From: the human T2T-CHM13v2.0 reference genome, Homo sapiens
Reading direction: 5' to 3' (one strand)
Assembly: GCF_009914755.1 (NCBI RefSeq)
Contig: NC_060932.1
DNA: 64,000 bases
The notes beneath the pieces were generated by a model. It saw only the letters and a program-made list of their open reading frames with translations. It made no database searches and was not told where the DNA came from. The position numbers and the translations under genes were made by a program. This document shows positions 30,161 to 43,181 of this stretch, piece after piece; the stretch's first letter is position 1, and each line of letters starts with the position of its first letter.

Positions 30161-31939
30161 GAAGCTTAAATCTCATAAACGGTTACTGAGATCTGATGCT
30201 TCTTACTGGCATCTGTGCGGCCATGACTGTGTTGAAGGAACAGCTTCTCTTGTTCTAAGTTTTGTATCTTGCCAAAGGAGAGAGCAGATGCAACGAACCT
30301 GTGCAAGGCTTTGCCTGTGAACTGCCGAGGGTCTAAGCAAGCTGTTTACAGAGCATGAGTCTCACATATGAACTCAAGGTCTGGCTCACAGTCCAAGTAC
30401 ATTTTTTTCTTTTACCCATTAGACTTCAACCTTTGAAATGAGATGGATTTGGAAAACTCTTGCATAGGGTTTAGGGCCTCATCATTCAAGTAGGACCACA
30501 CATTCTCCATCCTCTTGCCAAAGTCAATACCTAATGCTAAAACAGCTTTAGAAACTTTGGTTTTATTTCCCGTCTTCATTTTTCATGGGTGATACAATCT
30601 TTCAGTTAGAGATACCTCTTGCCCTGTAGTGGTTCCTGTATTCCTCTCTCCTTTTTAACCACGATCTGTTTTGAGTTTCGTAACTGTTCCTTATCCATAG
30701 TGCCTGACACAAAGTGGGCATTCAGTCAGCTGGCTCTAAATGCCTGATGATGGAATGACTGAATGAATCAATGAATGAATTAATAATTATTAATTGATTA
30801 AAGTTCAGTAAAGGCAGGGCCATGTCATCCTTGTATCCTCAGCAGTCCTGGCACAGACCATGCATGTAGCGGTAGATGCTCAGTGAATCATTACTGAGTG
30901 CATTGTAGATTCCAGGAAGAATATTAAAGTTGTGGAAATAGTGGTGAACCCCACAAGCATTTACTCTGCCCCGGCAGGAGGACTTGAATGAATGAATGAA
31001 TTGCTCCACTGTTTTGAGTATCTTAGTTTGCAAAGCAGCAAACACTGTACTTGAACCTGAGTTCTCTCTGAAGCACTGCTTCTCCCACAGAAAAGCTGGG
31101 GCACCAGCAGGGAATGAGGGGCCTGCACTCAGCTGGATGATTCAGTAGAAGATACTGCAAGACACAGATGAGATTAAAAAGGAGCTGGGCAGGTGTGGTG
31201 TCTGCAGAGAAGGAAAAACCAAAACAGAAGAATCAGGAAGAATTAGAAAAATTGTTCACTGAGGACCTGGTCAGGGTCGGGACACAGGAAGGATATCAAG
31301 CATCTCAAGAGTGGGAGTTGTTGGGTAGGAATCCAAGACAAAGTCTGCTCGACCACAGCAGGTGGCTTTGGACATGCTCTTCTGCTGCGGCTGTGACCAG
31401 GAGTCAGTTTGCAGTGAGACTGCATCCCTTTTAAAGCAGCCATGTCCTTATTCTTCCATGTGACATATCCTTCTCCAAAGTCAGAGTTGTTTCACCAGGA
31501 GTTTCAGGATTCAGGGTATTTACACTATGAGCACAGAAAAGGCCTTTCCTTGGTTCCTGGCTCACAGGTGAGATGCATGAAACCTGTTGGGTCTTTTCCA
31601 GGCTCTCCAAACACTTGGCTTTTACTCCTACCCTGGCTGACATTGACAATCAAGTGCGTCTGGGTGGCCTTATCAGTGGCTAAGATACTCAAATGAGTTC
31701 ATGCTAACTGGGAAAGAGCCACTGCCTTCACCATCAATGCCCCTCCCATGAATGCCCCCTCCCTGCCACTTGGTCCCTTTGCTGGGACTGGTAGGGATGA
31801 GCAGGAGGACTTTCTCCAGCAGCCTTACATTCTATTTGGTTGATGTCCATTTGATACTGATTGTTCAATATTTGTAAAACTCCCTTGCCTCCTGGTAATT
31901 GTTAATCCCCTGCCTTAATGGTAATTGTTTATTTCTGTG

Positions 31940-33000
31940 TCTCCCACATCCCCAGTCCTTTTTCCAGACTGTAACCAGAGTAATCCTTCTAATATGTAAA
32001 TCCTACTGCTCCTTTGCTTAAAATACTTTGAAGGTTTTGCACTGGCCTCATTAAAGCCTCCAGGTTTCTTAACATATGTTTCAAGGCTCTCCGTGCCCCA
32101 GCCCTCCTCCAGCCTTACCTAAGCCTGCTATTCCCTCTTATACTCAATTCCAGCTGCATTGACCTTCCACATTTCTTCAAGGACTACACAGTCTCTCCTC
32201 TCCAGACCACTCCTGGGACCTTCTGCTCCCTCCCTGACCAACGCTGCTCCAACTAAGTCCTAACCTCTCCATTCCTGGTGCCTCAAAATTACTCAAGTGC
32301 TGCTTCCTTGGTGAGTCCCCATGCTGTAGGATTCTCCCATGGGAGTGCTTAACATATTTCATTTTATACGTACATCTGCCTTCAAAACAATATGCTGTGT
32401 GGGACACAGCCACAGGTTATACCTGTTAGGTGTACCTTTGCATTTCTACCATCTTCCATGCTGCCAAAGATACAGAATGTGTAATGAAATAGATGATATG
32501 GTTTGGCTGTTTCCCCATCCAGATCTCTTCTTGAACTGTAGCTCCCATAATCCCTACATGCTGTGGGAGGGACCTGGTGGGAGGTAATTGAATCATGTGT
32601 GTGGATTTTTCCCCTGTGCTATTCTTGTGATAGTGAGTAAGTCCCAGGAGATCTGATGATTTTATAAAGGGCAGTTGCCCTGCACATGTTCTCTTGCCTG
32701 CTGCCATGTAAGACGTGCCTTAGCAACTTCTACACCTTCCATGATTGTGAAATCTCCCTAGCCACGTGGAACTGTGATTCCCTTAAACCTCTTTTTCTTT
32801 ATAAATTACCCAGTCTTGGATATGTCCTTATAGCAACGTGAGAATGGACTAATACAATGAATATTTGCCAAGTAAATGTTTTTCCCACTGGGATGTGAGC
32901 TTCTTGGGATCCTGGATTTCCTAGAAATGCCTAGCCCTTCTCCCATTGCATGGGTGCCTAATGAAGTGCTCAGTGAATATTTTTTGCAGCTTTGAACAGA
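31940..33000 (+). mobile_element. L2 fragment interrupted by THE1
   Basis: 'gagtaatccttctaatatgtaaatc...gcttaaaatacttt'; 3' part after 32856. Confidence 0.55.
32494..32856 (+). mobile_element. THE1C/D-like MaLR solo LTR
   Basis: tgatatggtttggctg...gggaggtaattgaatcatg...ggactaataca. Confidence 0.92.
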
Positions 33001-33404
33001 AATAGATTTGGATGCATGAGAACCAGTTTTCCATGTCTGCCCCTTAATTCTGTGATTTTGGGCAAGTCCCCTTCTGTCCTGGAATTCAACATTCTCACCG
33101 GTACACTATGATGGCAACGACTCTGCAGAGTAGATACAAATGAGAGTCAGCTCCCCCGTGACTCTCCTCTGTGCCAGAGAGTGTCCCGTGTGTTGCAGGA
33201 TTTTTATCTGATTAAAAACAATTCATTTGAGCAGATGTAATTTCCCCCTTTTACAGAGATTCTGAGAAGAACAACTTGCCCAAAATCACACAGAGAGAAA
33301 AGGATTGAGCCAGGATTTCAAATCATCTTACCTGAGTCCATAGTTTATGCTCTTTTCACTATCCTCCTGTCCTGCCTCTATGGAAGGATAAGATGATCTG
33401 AGAT

Positions 33405-33414
33405 TATCTATCTA

Positions 33415-33450
<36 letters not shown>

Positions 33451-33498
33451 TCAATCATCTATATCTATCATCTATCTCTATCATCTATCTCTATCTAT

Positions 33499-33543
<45 letters not shown>

Positions 33544-33605
33544 ATCTATCTATCTACCATCTATCTAGCTATTCTGTTCTATCTACCTACTGACTTACCT
33601 ATCTA
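33405..33605. repeat. Complex (TCTA)n/(TCTG)n tetranucleotide STR
   Basis: Directly visible; a long pure TATC run at about 33500-33543. Confidence 0.95.
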
Positions 33606-33989
33606 TGCCAGCATAGTGCCTGACACATGGCAGATATGCAATAATTGTTCATTAGAGATGGTTTAAGTCTCATCTTGCTTGGAAGTAGGTTCTGAACAAG
33701 GCAGTCCTGCTGAATCCCATATAGTCCTGGGATCCCAATAGGTGGAAGCAAGAGGAGGTGAAGGTCATGGCAAGCTTGTTTCCTCTCAGCCCATTATGCT
33801 GCTCTTGTAATGTCATTTGCAAATTCCTGTAAGCACAAAGTAGCCACTTGGGGCAAATGCACCAAGGAGAAGGGTTATGTGCCTTTCCTCATGGCTAAAC
33901 TTGACAATCATGGAGTCTCTCTTAGTCTCACAGAGGAGGAGAAGCACATTCACTGCTCACTTGCTCACTCATTTCCATAGTTATGGAAT

Positions 33990-34250
33990 AGTTAATAATC
34001 ACCACCATTTACAGAGAGCCGACTCTGTGTTAAGGGCTATGCTGAAGCTATCTTCACAACAGTCCTTCCATAGGCTGCAGCTACAGCAACAGAGACAGAG
34101 CTAGAGAGAGCTTCTTGGCTGGTAATTAGGAAACTAAACACAGAGAACTTTAATAACTGACTTGCTTAAAGTCACCTAGCTTGTTAGTGGTGAAGCTTAG
34201 ATTTGGTCCTGGTTCTGTCTGCTTCAAAGCCATTTCACTTCACTATGAAT
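33990..34250 (-). mobile_element. MIR SINE
   Basis: 'gaaactaaacacagagaactttaataactgacttgcttaaagtcacctagcttgttagtgg'. Confidence 0.6.
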
Positions 34251-34437
34251 ATAGCATTAGATAGCACAGTCACTCATTGCCAAAAGATGTTGGGGAGTGG
34301 GGACATCAAAGACAGTCCTTTTCTTGCTGCCCAGAAAGCAGTGCCTTTCCCTTAAAGAAAAGGAAACTCACTAGACTCTCTGACCAAGTTTAGGGTGTAA
34401 AATTGAGGTGCTGACGAAAAGCCCATGGATCAATTAG

Positions 34438-34774
<337 letters not shown>

Positions 34775-34824
34775 TCTCAGAGTCTCTTTTAACCCTTGTA
34801 TTTTCCTTGTCATTTCCCTATAAG

Positions 34825-35000
34825 AGTATAGTGGTGGAAAGAGTTTTGATCTAGAGTCAAAGCTTGGGGTTTGATTCTCAGCCATGCTGTCACAGGCCGT
34901 GTGGCTCTGGCTGGGTAGGAAATGTCATTGCTCTGAGCCTTGGTCTCCTCCTTGTCATAGGGATTAAATGAGGTAATTGATGAGAAGAACTTGGGCCTCA
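34825..35000 (+). mobile_element. MIR SINE
   Basis: 'gtatagtggtggaaagag...ctctgagccttggtctcctc...ggattaaatgag'. Confidence 0.6.
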
Positions 35001-38000
35001 CTGAATTGTCAATAATTGGTAGAAATCAGGTCACACAATCTATGCATGGGATTTTGGCATCAGCTGTTATAGACAGAGTTGTTTTTTGGGCTTTTTCCTA
35101 CATCTAATTTCTTCCGTAAAAGAAAACCACAAGCAAAACACAAGCACAGAGGCAAAATAGGCTTCAACTCTCCCTACAGAAATGTTTCTGAGGGTTATTA
35201 GCTCAGCCATTTTCCATCAGCAAAAATAAATCGCTCAGAAACATCTGGGCCACATTTGTCAGGAATCTGCTCTGTGCCGGCATTTCATTTTCAAACCCAG
35301 AGGACATTTTGGACCTACTGCCATGCCCTTGAGAAAACAGAAGGGTTCCAGAGCCCACCAGGGCTCCCACTTCCCTATCTCTCTTTTTCATTTCTGAAAA
35401 GCTCAGAGGCAGCGGCAGCCAAACAACGTTTGGGTGGGATGGTGAAGAAAATCCCCTTCTGGCTGTAGACAACTCCCTTTCTGCCAGCTCTCAGGCCTGT
35501 GCACCTGGGCCCGAGCCCTGAGGGTGAGGATTTGGGGTGGTGGTGGGAGCTAGAGACTCATGGTGCCATGTGGTCAGGCAGCGAGGCATCTCCAGCTCAG
35601 AAGGCACGGGGTTGCCATTGCGGGGGCCCTCTGCCATGGGAAGTTTCCTGCTGTTGAGAGTTAGCCCTTCTGCCAGCAGCTCTTGGTTCCCAAGCAATTC
35701 TCACAGCTCAGCACAAAATGTGTCACTGAGGCAGAGATTCAGCCAACCTGAGCAGGTCCCCGAGGGGCTGATGTACTCTGGAGATGGTTGCCTGTGCCTG
35801 ATGTCTCTGGTCGGTGCCATGGGAGACAGGTGAGATGAGATGGATGTAATTATTCACTGGCCTTCAGCCACACAATGTCAACTAATAACAACTACATGTT
35901 CATGGTATTTGCCCTAAGAGGGAGAAGCCTGGGCAGTGAAGCAAGGGGTGAGGAGAGGATGCGGAGAGGGCGTGATTCAAGGGGAGCAGTGCTGGGGGCA
36001 GAGGCAAAAGTCAGGAGCTTAGGGATCAATTAGGCAAAAAGATTCCGTGTTGATTTTTCTATGAAATGACTATTTTACCATTTATACTGCAAAACAACAT
36101 TGGGCCTGTCAAAGCCCATCATTCTAAATGTGTACAGTCAGAACACCAACTAACAGCTGAGCAGAATTAATTACCTCTCCCCAAGACAGCTTCAACAGTT
36201 TGTTAACTGTTTTATGCCTCAAGCCCTTCACTTCTCAGCGTCATCCTCCTGTCTCTTCTGCCAATTTCACACCTGCTGCCGGGTAAATCTTCATAAAGCA
36301 CGCTTCCTGCCCTGCCGCTCCTGTGCAATGTTTCCTTATAGCCTGGGGAATAACAAATACTGTGGCTCATAGTTCCCAGCTTCCCGCCCACAACTGCCTG
36401 GTGGAAGACAGAGGAATTGTTAGAATTCTACTTTGATAGTTGAGTAAATGGGGGCATGGTGAGGTTGAGTGCTTAGCACCTCAGGCCCCTCTGCCCCACC
36501 CAGCTAGCTGCCTCTCATGATTCCCAGATCCATGCTTACCTAATGTCCTCCCCAAGTTCTTCAGGTAGGGGCTGACTTCACCAACTTTGAAGGCTGACAA
36601 TGCCACCTGTACCAGCTCTTCTCCCACTTTCTGGTCCCTTCCTTTCCCTAAGGCCACTCTGAAGAACCATCCCCAGCCTTACCTAACCTGCAGTCTTCTG
36701 CTATTACTTACTACCACCACTCTATCTCCTCTAGTTCCCACTGGCTCCCCAGCCTCCAACTTGCTGGGCTTCCCACAGTCTAAGTTTCTCACATATTAAT
36801 TTAGCCACCTTATTTATATTAAGGAAACCCAGTACCAGCATTTACCCATTGTCCAAACCGGAAATTTAGCTAAAATCTGCATCCCAGGCAAAAGAGAGGA
36901 TGGCTTAGTTGGAGGATAGGGGTGGACAGTGTACAGGAGAGATGGGACCTTGCATTGCCCTTCAAGTAACAAGGGGATGGGTTCCCAACCCTTGATATTC
37001 ATTCTTGCTTGAAGGAGTTGACAGACTATCATGGAAAAAGCACTGAGCTTGAGAATCGAGCAACTTGGTTCTGCCAACTTTCTATGACTTTGGGCAAGCT
37101 ACTCCTCTTTGCCTCAGATTCACTGAAGCTTAAAAAAGGAATGACCAAGATGTCCTCTAAAGTTCTGAGTGTGACTCTAGAAGACCCAGACTCATTGGAT
37201 TAACGCCATCTGTAAGCAAAGTTCCCACCTGAGGGATGGTCTTGGTTGGTTCCCTAGCCTACCTATTATATAATCCTCTCCAGGGTTGGTAGCTGCCCTT
37301 AGTTTCCCAGGAAAGATCTCAGCTACCCGCCCTCCATCCTGGCATGATGGTCTGGGACTAATTTTCTTCCAGGGACAGAGATAAAAATAAATCATGCCCT
37401 GCTCCCCAATCAGTCTGCACATCTTGTTCCTCATAAGCAGCAAGACCAAGTGAATACAGGGCTGTTGAGGCTCCCGGGTCCTGATGCAGAGGCAGGGGCC
37501 CAGGCAGGCATATGGCTAGCAGGCCGGCTGCACTCAGAATGTTATTTTCAAAACTGAAGTGAAATCTGCTTCAGGCCCGAGCATGGTAGGTGGTCTCCGT
37601 TCTTGGATCATAAATCACTGAAGGTAACTATTTTTCCTGGCCTCACTTGTGACCCAGTATAATGTTATTATGATTGGAAGGATGATGGAAAAGGGATTTT
37701 TTTTCTCCTGTTCTAATCTCCAGTATATATAAATCTTTGTACTTTCACAGTCCCGGGGACCATGTGTGATGTTGTAGAGAGCATATAGGAATGACCCCCT
37801 CAGGTGCTGGTGAGGTTCTCTGCCACTAACTCACTTGTATTTTCTAAGCCACAATTTTTCTCATCTGTAACAGAAGTTGTAGCTGGTGGTTCTCATTCTA
37901 GGACTCAATGATTTTCTGAAAAAAGGTGTTCATGAAACCAACTCAAAGGATCAAGTCTATTAATATCTTTGACATTGGAGTCCTCTTGTAATCTGGTCTC

Positions 38001-38384
38001 CAGTGGTCCTTTCACCTTCATTTCCAACCATCTCTCTGTTCTCCTCTCTTATTTCACCTAGTTCTCTTCAATGTGGCTCATTGTTTCATACTTTTAAGCT
38101 CTGGCATTTTAAGTAGATTCATCTACTTAAAATTTCTATTTTAAAATCTTCTCTACCTGATGAAATCTTTTCATTTAAAGCCCATTTCCCATCTTACCTT
38201 CTCTGTGGAGTCTTCCTAGTCTCCTTCTGGCCTAATGAGTTAATGACTTTGTTCTCTGGGTGCTCCTAGAGCTGCAGGTAATTACCTCCACCACAGTGTC
38301 CATGTACAGAGCCTGACACCAATCAGACCCTGGGCTGAGTTCCCTCCACAGTCTCCAGTGTCAAAACATTCCTGTGTTCATAAT

Positions 38385-38752
38385 CTGCGGTCCCAGAATG
38401 TGACTGTATTTGGAGATAGGGCCTGTAAGGGGAAATTAAGATAAATGAGGTCATTATAGTGGTTCAGTCTGACTGGGGTCCTGAATAGAAGAGCAAGTTT
38501 GGACACAGATTGGCATCCTTATGAGAAGAGGGAGTTTAGATACAAACATGTACGGAGGCAAGATGATGTGAAGAGACAGAGAAGATGCCATTTACAAACC
38601 AAGGAGAGAGGCCTGGAACAGATTCTTCCAGTATAGACCCCAGAAGGAACCAACACTACTGATACCTAGTCTTGAACTTCTGGCCTCCAGCACTGTGAGA
38701 AAATAATGTCTGTTGTTGAAGGCACTCAGTCTTGGTACTTTGTTAAGGCAGC
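38385..38752 (+). mobile_element. MLT1B-like MaLR LTR
   Basis: 'cagaatgtgactgtatttggagatagggcc...aggagagaggcctggaacagattctt...ggtactttgttaaggcagc'. Confidence 0.8.
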
Positions 38753-38936
38753 GCCCCTTTGCCAGCCAACACAGACCCTCCCCACACATGGTTCCTGTGA
38801 GTCTCCACCTCGAGGCGGGGAGCCCTTGGAGACCCTTGAAGGCAGGGTCTGTGTTTTATTATTATTATTTTTTAACGTTTTGAAATCCAGAATTCATTGT
38901 TTCTCAAAGCACGTCTCAGACCTCTTGCACCAGAAT

Positions 38937-39172
38937 CAGTGTTTTTTAAACTGTAGTTTTGGTCACAAAATTAGCATAGTGAGTCACAACTAGCATTACC
39001 AAAACGTGAATCAGATTAAAAAGAGCACACAATAGGCACATCTATGTGGCTTGCAGGTCGTAAGGCAAATTATTGGGTAGTTATTGTTTTATAAAACTTC
39101 TGTTTTAGTTGTGTACACTAGGTTACCATGTAATCTTTTAAAAAATATTGTGGAGAAAGTTGAAAAACACTG
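38937..39172. mobile_element. hAT-Charlie non-autonomous element nested in a MER5A fragment
   Basis: Terminal inverted repeats cagtgttttttaaact ... agttgaaaaacactg. Confidence 0.6.
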
Positions 39173-39211
39173 AGTCAAAGGTACTTGTTAAAAACACAGA
39201 TTTTTTTTTTT

Positions 39212-39828
39212 TCTTGCTGGACTACAACTTTATGCCCATTGATTAACAACTCCCCATGTTCCCCTCCCCCAACCCCTGGCAACCACCATTTACTCTAATT
39301 CTATGAATTTGACTATTTAAGGTACCTCGCGTAAGGGGAATCATGCAGTATTTGTCCTTCTGTGACTGGATTATTTCACTTAGCATACTGTTTTCAAGGT
39401 TCATCCATATTGTTGAATATTTTTTCTCTTTTTGAGGTTGAGTCGTGCTCTGTCACCCAGGCTGGAGTGCAGTGACATGATCTTGGCTCGCTGCAACCTC
39501 TGCCTCCTGGGTTCAAGTGATTCCCTTGCCTCAGCTTTGAGTAGCTGGGATTACAGGCACGTGCCACCACGCCCGGATAATTTTTGTGTTTTTTAGTAGA
39601 GAGGAGGTTTTGCCATGTTTCCCAGGCTGGTCTTGAACTCCTGGGTTCAAGCGATCCACCCGCCTCAGTATCCCAAAGTGTTGGGATTACAGGCATGAGC
39701 CACCACGTCTGGCCAGTATATAGCACATTTTCTTTATCTACCTATAGTCAACAAAAATGTACTGTACATTTAAAACTTTAAGAAGGTAGATCTCATGTTA
39801 AGTATCATAACCACAATAGTTTAAAAAA
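39212..39828 (+). mobile_element. L1MA9/10-like insertion with inverted 5' part (antisense 39212-39740, sense 39740-39828)
   Basis: Antisense 3'UTR followed by the sense extreme 3' end 'ggtagatctcatgttaagtatcataaccacaata'. Confidence 0.75.
39420..39714 (-). mobile_element. AluJb/Sz-like SINE
   Basis: Full antisense Alu. Confidence 0.93.
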
Positions 39829-40754
39829 TGAAGCTATTTGGACATTACCCCAGACCCACTGAACTTGAATCACTAGTAGATGTGGCCTGGGAATCTACAT
39901 TGTGTCTAGAAAATTCTTATGTACATGAAAATTGGAAAATTATTCCTAGTACCTAAGGCCAGTGTGAGGCACAGAATTATCACAAAATCTATATTTATTG
40001 AGCCAGCATGGCATCATTTTGGTGCCAATTATTTGTATTTTCACACTATCCAAAGAACTGGTGGAATAATAGCTAAGAAGAATATCAATGCAAAATCATT
40101 AAAAAGATTACTGGATCAATTTCTGATATGTACCTCAAAATAATTGAAAGGATTTTAAATTACTTGCTAAAGGACCTAAAAGCTTTTGTGTGTCATTGTC
40201 CCATTTGTCTTTGAACCCACCCCAGGAAATAGGGGTCGTTGTTGCCATTTTTGGATGATGAATCTGAAATTTAGAGAGAAGTGACATGCCAAGGTCACAC
40301 CAGTAGGAAATGGCAGAGCTGGGCTGTAAATCCAAACCTCATTCCATGCTGCCTGACGTTGGTCCTTGGTTCTCCTGAGACCCTTTCTGGCAGTAGCTAT
40401 TGATGAGGCTTTTAAAAGAAGTCAACGCTGTTCCTGGCTGCTCCTGGGAGATTGGAGCTCCCATACTGACTCAGAGAAAAAGCATCTTCCTATGGTGTGG
40501 GGCCAGGTAGAGCCCCACAGGGACTACCAGGGGCAAACCAGTCCATATATTTGGCCTGGGCTATGGGAGACTTTTACATATCAAGGACCCCCAAAACACG
40601 GGTTTTGCAGAGACCAACAGTACCCACTGTCAAAAAGCCAACTCCTTTTCTGCCACAGTGAGTCAAGAATGAATGGTTTGAGGCTTGATTTAGAGACAAG
40701 GCATTTAACTCAGAGAACTCAAAGAGACCACACCAGGGAGGTTCCAGGCCCCGC

Positions 40755-41120
40755 TGATATGGTTTGCTTCTGTGTACCCACCCAAATCTCATCTTGTAGC
40801 TCCCATAATTCCCATGTGTTGTGGCAGGGACCTGGTGGGAGATGATTGAATCATGGGTGTGGGTCTTTCCGGTGCTGTTCTAGTGACAGTGAATGGGTCT
40901 CATGACATCTGATGGTTTTAAAAATGGGAGTTTCCCTGCACAAGCTCTCTCTTTGCCTGCTGCCATCCATGTAAGATGTAACTTGCTTCTCCTTGCCTTC
41001 TGCCATGATTGTGAGGCCTCCCCAGCCATGTGGAACTGTAAGTCCAATAAACCTCTTTCTTTTGTAAATTGCCCAGCCTTGGATATGTCTTTATCAGCAG
41101 CATGAAAATGGACTAATACA
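40755..41120 (+). mobile_element. THE1A/B MaLR solo LTR
   Basis: tgatatggtttg...aagtccaataaacctctttcttttgtaaattgcccag...ggactaataca; TSD cccgc/cccac. Confidence 0.93.
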
Positions 41121-41689
41121 CCCACCCACTTCTCCCACACCAGTTTCCCATGAGTAGCAGCATCTGAGCTGAGTCTCCACTTTGAGGATTTGCCTCATTG
41201 CCTCTGGTTTCTGTGACCACTGCAGAACCCATGAGCCAGGTGTTCTGCATTTGTTATCACCTTTAATTCTAACGCCACTCCTGTTTCCCAAAGGGTCAAT
41301 AACTTGCCTAGCGGCCACAGCTAGGAAATACAATGGATGGAATTTGAAGCCAAGACTGTGTGCTGTGAGTCTGTACTCTTTCTTCTGCATAGACTTGCTT
41401 TCCCTGGTAGAACTTAGCTTGTCCCTGTGCCTATGCTGAGCCAGCTTGTCCCAAGACTAAATTGGGCTATGGTGCCTGGGGGATGGGCTTAGAGAGTCCA
41501 GGGAACTGTGAAGGGCCCTGAGGTCATTTCATTAAAGGCACCTTTCAGCACATGAATACCAATGAATACTATGAGTCCTGCTCATTCCTTCCTTGGTCCA
41601 TCTGACCAGGCTCCAGGCAATGGAGCCATCCCCTTCCATTTTCCTCAGTGACTTCCTGAGGTCTGAGGATCAAAAAGCACCTGGAGGAG

Positions 41690-41880
41690 ACAAGTGATTC
41701 TGGACCCAGAATCAGAAAAATCTGATTGCTATGTTGTCTCTGCCACTCACTATGAGATCTTAGGAAATTCCTCTGTTCCTTCTGTGCCTCAGTTTCCTCA
41801 TTTGTAAAATGAGGACAATTCTGTCTTCTTCACAGTGCTATTGTTGGATAATAGGGTTGAAAATCTCTTGTACACAATAA
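41690..41880 (+). mobile_element. MIR SINE
   Basis: 'tctgtgcctcagtttcctcatttgtaaaatgagga'. Confidence 0.75.
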
Positions 41881-41994
41881 GCATTTAAGACATGATTTAA
41901 ACACTGATTTAGTCAGATAAAGTGATTAGGAGAACTTCTCAGTGAGTAAGGGGTCAGACAAAATGACAGAAATGTAGCCAAGTCCAATTCAAAC

Positions 41995-42275
41995 GTCACC
42001 ATCAGCAAATCACCATCACTCATGTTCCCCCACTGCGACCCCACCACTGCTGCTCCATTGCCACCATGACCAGCAATGGCCCAGCACGGTCAGTGTCAAC
42101 AGTAGCAACACCTCTATTCCCATCACTACCCCACCCCTCTGCTACCGCTACTATAGACACACGCATCTGAGTTGTTTGTTCTCTCACCTTCACTATCATC
42201 TCTGCCTCCATCATATCACCATTGCTATATTACCACCACCACCATCACCAACACCACCATATCACCTAACCATGA
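41995..42275. repeat. Degenerate (CAC/CAT)n low-complexity tract
   Basis: Repeated cacc/acca/catc triplets. Confidence 0.6.
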
Positions 42276-42489
42276 TAACAATACACTACAAGGTTCATTC
42301 CAGCCCCAGTACAATGCCTGACCCAAAGTAGGTTCTCAGGAAATTTTGGCAAAATGAATGAAAGCATAAATGAATGCCACAAATTATGTAATCAGAACTG
42401 CCAGGAAGCAAGAGTTTCCACCCCTTGTAAACCTTCTGTAGATGTTTCAGTGGCCAATTTTTTTCTGTGTCTTAGATCCTTTACCTCTT

Positions 42490-43181
42490 TTTTTTTTTTT
42501 TTAAATTTCAATAGCTTCTGGGATACAAGTGGTTTTTGTTTATATGGATGAATTGTACAGTGGTGAATTCTGAGATTTTAGTGCACCCATCACCCAAGTA
42601 GTATACACTGTACACAATATGTAGTTTTTTATCCCTTACCCTCCTCTTTCTCTCCCCCATTCCGAGTCTCCAATGTCCATTTTACCACTCTGTATGCCTT
42701 TGCATACCCATAGCTTAGCTCCCACTTATAAGTGAGAACATATGTTATTTGGTCTTCCATTTCTGAGTTACCTCACTTAGAATAATGGCCTCCAGCTCCA
42801 TCTAAATTGCTGCAGAAGACATTATTTTGTTCTTTTTTATGGCTGAGTTATATTCCATGGTGTATATATACCATATTTTCTTTATTCACTCATTGGTTGA
42901 TGGGCACTTAGGTTTGTTTCATGTCTTTGCAATTGTGAATTGTGCTGCAGTAAACATGTGTGCAGGTGTCTTTTTGATATAAACACTTCTTTTCTTTTGG
43001 GTAGATACCCATTAGTGAGACTGCTAGATTGAATGGGAGATCTGCTTTTAGTTCTTTAAAAAATCTCCATATTGTTTTTCATAGACGTTGTACTAATTTA
43101 TGTTCCTACTAGCAGTGTATAAGCATTCCTTTTTCACCACATCCAGGCCAACATCTATTATTCAACTTTTTAATAATGGAA
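42490..43181 (-). mobile_element. L1PB 3' fragment (5'-truncated insertion)
   Basis: 'ggatgaattgtacagtggtgaattctgagattttagtgcacccatcacc' L1PB 3'UTR; TSD atcctt(ta/cg)cctctt at 42476 and 43182. Confidence 0.9.

Noticed and set aside
40366-40845. 159-aa ORF
   Set aside because: Non-ATG start, ends in a THE1 LTR, no recognisable homology.
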